A DNA stretch of 64,000 bases from the NCBI GenBank assembly GCA_963733295.1, contig CAVTCS010000003.1, forward strand, positions 288,001 through 352,000, in the 5' to 3' direction. The notes beneath the pieces are model-generated. The model worked only from the letters and a program-made list of their open reading frames with translations. It did not search any database and was not told the DNA's origin. Positions 59,474-64,000 of the stretch are shown here, piece by piece (position 1 is the first letter of the stretch; the number at the start of each line of letters is the position of its first letter). Origin of the DNA: Vulcanimicrobiota bacterium (GTDB lineage Bacteria; Vulcanimicrobiota; Vulcanimicrobiia; Vulcanimicrobiales; Vulcanimicrobiaceae). A program made the position numbers and the translations under genes.

Positions 59474-60469
59474 GTGAGCCTCTTAATCGGTTTCGGCGGC
59501 ACGATCGGCAACACACCCCACATCGTGCTGCCGAAGCTTTCGGCGGCGCTCGGCCGTACGATCGTCGGCAAGGCTGAGTTCTTGAACCCCGGGGGTTCGG
59601 TGAAAGACCGGGCTGCGCGCGGCATCGTCGACGATGCCGAAGCGCGCGGCGCGCTCGCGCCGGGCGGGACGGTCGTCGAGGGCACGGCGGGCAACACGGG
59701 GATCGCGCTCTGTCTGATCGGCAACTCTCGCGGCTACCGCACGATCATCTGCATTCCCGACGATCAGTCGCAGGAGAAGTACGAACTCCTGGGGACGATC
59801 GGTGCGGACCTGCGCATCGTTCCGGCGGTTCCGTTTACCAACCCTGAAAACTACTATCACGTCGCGCGTCGCATTGCCGAACAAACGCCGGGAGCGATCT
59901 GGGCCGATCAGTTCAACAACACGGCGAACCGCCGGGCGCACTACTCCACGACCGGTCCTGAGATTTGGGATGCCCTCGGCTCGGAGGCGACGGCCTTCGT
60001 CGCCGCCTGCGGTACCGGCGGGACGCTCGCCGGAACGAGCGCTTTCCTCAAAGAGATGAATCCAGCGATTCGCACCGTCCTGTGCGATCCGATGGGATCG
60101 GCGCTCTTCAGTTTCGTAAAACGCGGAGTTCTCGAAGCCGAGGGCGATTCGAACGTCGAGGGGATCGGGATCAAGCGGATCACCGAGAACTTCAAGGACG
60201 CACCCATCGACGACGCACTGCAAGTCGACGACCGGACGGCAATCGAGATGGCCCACTGGCTGCTACGCGAGGAAGGCCTCTACGTCGGCGGCTCCGCTGC
60301 GCTCAATGTGGCCGGAGCGGCGCGCTACGCCCGAACTCTGCCCGGCGGCAGCACGGTCGTCACGGTGCTTTGTGACGGCGGCGAACGCTATCGTTCGCGC
60401 ATTTGGAACCGGGCTTGGTTGACGGAGAACGAATGCGTGCCGTCGGCGAGCGGGCTCGAGTTTCTGTAG
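59474..60469 (+). CDS. cysK: Cysteine synthase (PLP-dependent O-acetylserine sulfhydrylase family)
   Basis: KAEFLNPGGSVKDR, EGTAGNTG, GTGGT and EGIG. Confidence 0.88.
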   Translation: MSLLIGFGGTIGNTPHIVLPKLSAALGRTIVGKAEFLNPGGSVKDRAARGIVDDAEARGALAPGGTVVEGTAGNTGIALCLIGNSRGYRTIICIPDDQSQEKYELLGTIGADLRIVPAVPFTNPENYYHVARRIAEQTPGAIWADQFNNTANRRAHYSTTGPEIWDALGSEATAFVAACGTGGTLAGTSAFLKEMNPAIRTVLCDPMGSALFSFVKRGVLEAEGDSNVEGIGIKRITENFKDAPIDDALQVDDRTAIEMAHWLLREEGLYVGGSAALNVAGAARYARTLPGGSTVVTVLCDGGERYRSRIWNRAWLTENECVPSASGLEFL

Positions 60470-60487
60470 TTCATTAAGAGCAAGCGG

Positions 60488-61237
60488 TTACGCGGCCCGC
60501 GCCGGATGGCACGTCGTACAGGGTACCAGGCCCCGCGCGCGCGCCTCTTTCGCGTCTTTGAATACGACGAAGTGCATCTCCGGCAGCGGGCGCGCGTCGT
60601 AGCAGAACGGGCGACAGTACGTCTCGTCGCCCTCTTCTTGCCAGACGCAGCGAGCCGGCATGCGCCGGCGCACCTCGTCCAGATCGACGCCTTCGCGTCG
60701 CAGAAGTGAGGCTTTGTTCTCGCTGCCGAACGCATACTCACCGATCGCACCGTCGCTGCGCACGACGCGGTGACACGGGATGACGAGCGGAACGGGGTTC
60801 TTCGCAAGCGCGGTTCCCACCGCCCGAACGGCGCCCGGACGACCGATCCGCTCCGCGATCCACGCGTACGGCCGAACGCGACCGGGCGGAATCGCGCGCG
60901 CGGCTTCGAGCACGTCGCGCTGAAATGGGTTGCAGGTCTGCAGATCGACTCGAACGCCTTTTCCATCACCGTCGACGGCGGCTTGCAGCGCCGGTGCCAA
61001 CTCGTCGCGGCGTTCGACGGCGCGGCCGAACCGTTCGCGATAGGAGCGCACGAATTCCGCGTCGTCCGCGGCCGGCGCGACCGAGGTGATACCGGCTTCG
61101 CTCGCGGCGACGAAGCGCGCTCCGAGCGGCGTCGCAACGAGTGCGTAACCGTCGAGCAGACCGACGCGTCGCAGGACGCCGGTGAGGAACCCCGTGGGCG
61201 CCTGAATCTCGCGCATCGCTGAGAAGTCTTTCATCAT
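60488..61237 (-). CDS. Methylated-DNA-protein-cysteine methyltransferase with C-terminal Ada-type Zn domain
   Basis: AVRAVGTA...NPVPLVIPCHRVV; C-terminal YCRPFC...ARARGLVPCTTCHP. Confidence 0.9.
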   Translation of the reverse strand: MMKDFSAMREIQAPTGFLTGVLRRVGLLDGYALVATPLGARFVAASEAGITSVAPAADDAEFVRSYRERFGRAVERRDELAPALQAAVDGDGKGVRVDLQTCNPFQRDVLEAARAIPPGRVRPYAWIAERIGRPGAVRAVGTALAKNPVPLVIPCHRVVRSDGAIGEYAFGSENKASLLRREGVDLDEVRRRMPARCVWQEEGDETYCRPFCYDARPLPEMHFVVFKDAKEARARGLVPCTTCHPARAA

Positions 61238-61857
61238 GAAGTCGCTCCTTCGAGTTCTGCCGAAGCGCGCAGCAGGGCGAGGCCCCGGTGCACGTTCGCC
61301 TTGGCGGTTCCGGCCGGCTGTTCCAACAGCTCCGCAATTTCGTCGTAGCTAAAACCTTCGAGGTGCCGTAAGACGACCGGCATGCGGTAGCGCGGCGCCA
61401 GCGCCGCGAGCGCGCGCCGGACCGCGTCCGTTCTTTCGTCGCGCTCGACCAGGGCGGCTGGGCCGAGGTCCGAGTCCTGCAGCGCAATGCGTCCGTCTGC
61501 GAGCGCTTCATCGAGCGATGTCGCGGGAGCGCGCCGCGCGCGATTACGCACCTTGTTGAGCGCAATCGTGAACAGCCACGCCCGAAGTGCGAGCGCGCGG
61601 CGACGCGGCGCATCGTACGAGCGAAGCGCCCGATAGGCTGCAACGAACGTATCTTGCGCGATCTCTTCGGCTTCGCCGGCGTTGCCCACGAGCGTCAACA
61701 CGAAGCCGAAGAGACGATGTTGGTATTTTGCGACGAACTCTTCGAAGTGCCCGTCGACAGACTCCGCCAGGGCGCCTGCGATCGCGCGCTGCGTGCGCCG
61801 GTCGGCAAGCTCGTCACGGCGGCCAGTTCTCTCGGCCACTGGTGAGACGTCTTTCAC
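61234..61857 (-). CDS. ECF RNA polymerase sigma factor
   Basis: AEEIAQDTF, AWLFTIALN and region 4 SYDEIAELL..P.GTAKANVHRG. Start uncertain (GTG at 61857 or 61839). Confidence 0.9.
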   Translation of the reverse strand: MKDVSPVAERTGRRDELADRRTQRAIAGALAESVDGHFEEFVAKYQHRLFGFVLTLVGNAGEAEEIAQDTFVAAYRALRSYDAPRRRALALRAWLFTIALNKVRNRARRAPATSLDEALADGRIALQDSDLGPAALVERDERTDAVRRALAALAPRYRMPVVLRHLEGFSYDEIAELLEQPAGTAKANVHRGLALLRASAELEGATS

Positions 61858-62174
61858 GTTCGTCTGACCAAACAGAGTTCGAGTCGGGAGTCCGTACCGG
61901 CATGACCGCGCGGGCGGCGAGCATCGCGCAGGCAGCCACGCAAAAAGCGATTCCAAGCGTCACCAAAGCCTCGGACCCCAGCCCAGAAACAGATCCAGCG
62001 TCCGCACGAGGGGTCTCGTGATCCCCGACCGCTCTTCGGCAACTCCCTCGACGATGACCCGTCCGGATTCCGGACGGCGTCCATTGTTTTCCACGATTTT
62101 TTCTCCTCGGTCCAGACACGACGCCGGGACGAGAGAGAAACACCCCAGAAGCCGATTCGTTGCATTTCCAGCGC

Positions 62175-63248
62175 CTAAAGAGCGTCGGCTCGCGCCGCGG
62201 TCTTTCGCACGTTCGGCGCGACCGCGTCGTACAACGCGTGGGCGCCGAAGCGGACGACGTCGTCGACCGGAAGGCCCGTCTCGGAGCGCGCCCCTTCGAT
62301 CGCACGGCGCGCGTCGCGCTCGTCCAGCTCGCGCGTATTGAGTGCGATTCCGGCAACTTTGGCCGGTTTCACCGATGCGCATAGCTGTTCGTAAAGCCGC
62401 ACCAACTCGTGCAACGAGAGCAGCGGCACGTCGAAGCCGGCGATCGCCCGGCGCCCGGCCTCGTGGACGAGGATCAGTGCGTCGGGAGCCGATCCGTAGA
62501 GCAAACCAAGCGTGACGCCGGCATAGGCGGGATGGTTGATGCTGCCTTGCCCCTCGACGAAGAGCAGCTCACCCCCGCGCCGCGCTCCGTCGAGCACGAG
62601 CGCTTCAGCCGCCCCCGAGATGAAGTCCGCGATCACGCGGTCGACCGCGATGCCCCAGCCGGCAATCATTATGCCGGTTTGCCCGGTTGGAACGAAGAGG
62701 CTTCGCGCCCCGCGCTCGTTCGCTGCGCGCGTCAGTTCGAGCGACGCGGTCATTTTGCCCGACGCGCAGTCGCTGCCGACGGTGAGGACGACGCGCGAGC
62801 TCAGCCCGAACGCTGCTCCGCTGAACAGTTCGACCTTCGGCGGGACGCGGACGTCCCAAAGGCGCACGTTCGCGGCGCGTGCCCGGCTGGAGAACTCCGC
62901 ATCGTCGGCGAGAAGTTCGTGCAATCCACTGACGACTTCGAGGCCCGCATCGATCGCCTGCAAGATCTCGGAACGCCAGGCCGGAGGTAGCTTGCCGCCC
63001 GCGGGCGCGACGCCGATGAGCAACGACGTGGGCCCGAACTGCAGCGCTTCCGCGACGTCGCTGACGATCGGAATGTCGCGTTCGAGATGGGGGAGGACCT
63101 CGCGTACCGTCTTGCCCGCGAGGCTCGGGTCGATTACGGCGACCGTCTCGTCGGAGGAATACGCGATGACGCCGTGCGCGGTTTTCCCGGAGGCGGTCGC
63201 AAAGAGTTCGGGAGCGAGCGCGAGGTAACGACGGCGCACGGCGCTCAC
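62175..63248 (-). CDS. DUF1611 family protein
   Basis: GKTAHG, TVGSDCASGKMT, TGQTG and EGQGS..HP. Confidence 0.88.
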   Translation of the reverse strand: MSAVRRRYLALAPELFATASGKTAHGVIAYSSDETVAVIDPSLAGKTVREVLPHLERDIPIVSDVAEALQFGPTSLLIGVAPAGGKLPPAWRSEILQAIDAGLEVVSGLHELLADDAEFSSRARAANVRLWDVRVPPKVELFSGAAFGLSSRVVLTVGSDCASGKMTASLELTRAANERGARSLFVPTGQTGIMIAGWGIAVDRVIADFISGAAEALVLDGARRGGELLFVEGQGSINHPAYAGVTLGLLYGSAPDALILVHEAGRRAIAGFDVPLLSLHELVRLYEQLCASVKPAKVAGIALNTRELDERDARRAIEGARSETGLPVDDVVRFGAHALYDAVAPNVRKTAARADAL

Positions 63249-63346
63249 GCCGCCGGCTCGGCAAAAAGGCTCGCGTAAACCCTCGCCATCCGAGGGGTTT
63301 TCCGCGGTGACGCAAAGGGAGGCCTCTGCGGCCTAAGGGGGTTCTT

Positions 63347-64000
63347 ATGACGATGACGAGCACGGCCACCGGCGAGGCGCCGGCGCGAGCACACATTTCG
63401 GATGAGGAGCGGCAAGTCAGGATCGACCTCGCCGCGGCGTACCGGCTGGTGGCGCACTACGGCTGGGACGACATGATTTTCACCCACCTCTCGGCGCGCG
63501 TCCCCGGCACCGAATACTTCTTGATCAACCCGTACGGTGTCGTCTTCTCGCAGATCGACGCCTCCGGTCTCGTCAAGATCGATCTGGATGGAAACGTCGT
63601 CGATCAGCCGGGAGCGATCGTGAACGCGGCGGGCTTCACCATCCATAGCGCCGTCCACGCAAGCCGCCACGATGCCGCCTGCGTGATGCACCTGCACACC
63701 GTGGCAGGGACAGCGGTCGCGACGAACCGGCGCGGGCTGCTCCCACTCAACCAAACGGCGATGCTCGTCTGCCGCGACGTCGCCTATCACGACTACGAGG
63801 GCCTCGCCTTCGACCTGGCCGAGCGTCCGCGGCTCGTCGCTGATCTCGGCGACAAGCCGCTCATGTTGCTGCGCAATCACGGCACGCTTGCGCTCGGTCC
63901 GAGCGTAGCGTCGGCGTTCCTGCAGATTTATCTTTTGGAACGGGCTTGCGCGATGCAAGTCGCGACGCTGGCCGGCGGCGCCGAACCCATCGTTCCGGGC
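63347..64000 (+). CDS. Class II aldolase/adducin family protein (3' truncated by window edge)
   Basis: Manual translation: DLAAAYRLVAHYGWDDMIFTHLSARVP, GFTIHSAVH, VMHLHT and LRNHG. Confidence 0.9.
   Translation, partial: MTMTSTATGEAPARAHISDEERQVRIDLAAAYRLVAHYGWDDMIFTHLSARVPGTEYFLINPYGVVFSQIDASGLVKIDLDGNVVDQPGAIVNAAGFTIHSAVHASRHDAACVMHLHTVAGTAVATNRRGLLPLNQTAMLVCRDVAYHDYEGLAFDLAERPRLVADLGDKPLMLLRNHGTLALGPSVASAFLQIYLLERACAMQVATLAGGAEPIVPG

Noticed and set aside
63270..63345. GACGCAAAG...GGCCTAA resembling a c-di-GMP-I riboswitch upstream of the aldolase
   Set aside because: Spacing between the motifs is too long, the GAAA-capped stem is missing, and the segment folds as simple local hairpins.

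Overview
This is a GC-rich bacterial chromosomal window with no phage, integrase, transposase or CRISPR array visible. A Terrabacteria-type housekeeping backbone runs through it: secD-secF-(helicase)-apt-rel, rpsF-ssb, rpsR-rplI-lonC-dnaB and tRNA-Thr(CGT). Many Pro/Thr-rich secreted proteins and NHL lipoproteins lie between these genes, a style that suggests Ca. Eremiobacterota (Vulcanimicrobiota); this assignment is inference only. Main observation: the normally contiguous rpsF-ssb-rpsR operon is split by about 15.8 kb. That block encodes a CstB-like persulfide dioxygenase-rhodanese, a cNMP-TrxR-like flavoprotein, a three-subunit cobalt nitrile hydratase/thiocyanate hydrolase-like enzyme (CTLCSCYPR), SorAB sulfite dehydrogenase, a clade-D beta-carbonic anhydrase (COS-hydrolase clade) and glutamine synthetase. 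Together these could form a thiocyanate/COS degradation pathway. Other points: a HIRAN-helicase with a RecJ-like C-terminal tail sits in the recJ slot; a perfect Gram-positive LexA box lies in the rpsF-ssb promoter; an ECF sigma is coupled to an MGMT-Ada(Zn) fusion; there is a Mo/W ABC system and several unannotated small ORFs. A cluster of apparent indels across lonC-dnaB is most likely sequencing error.
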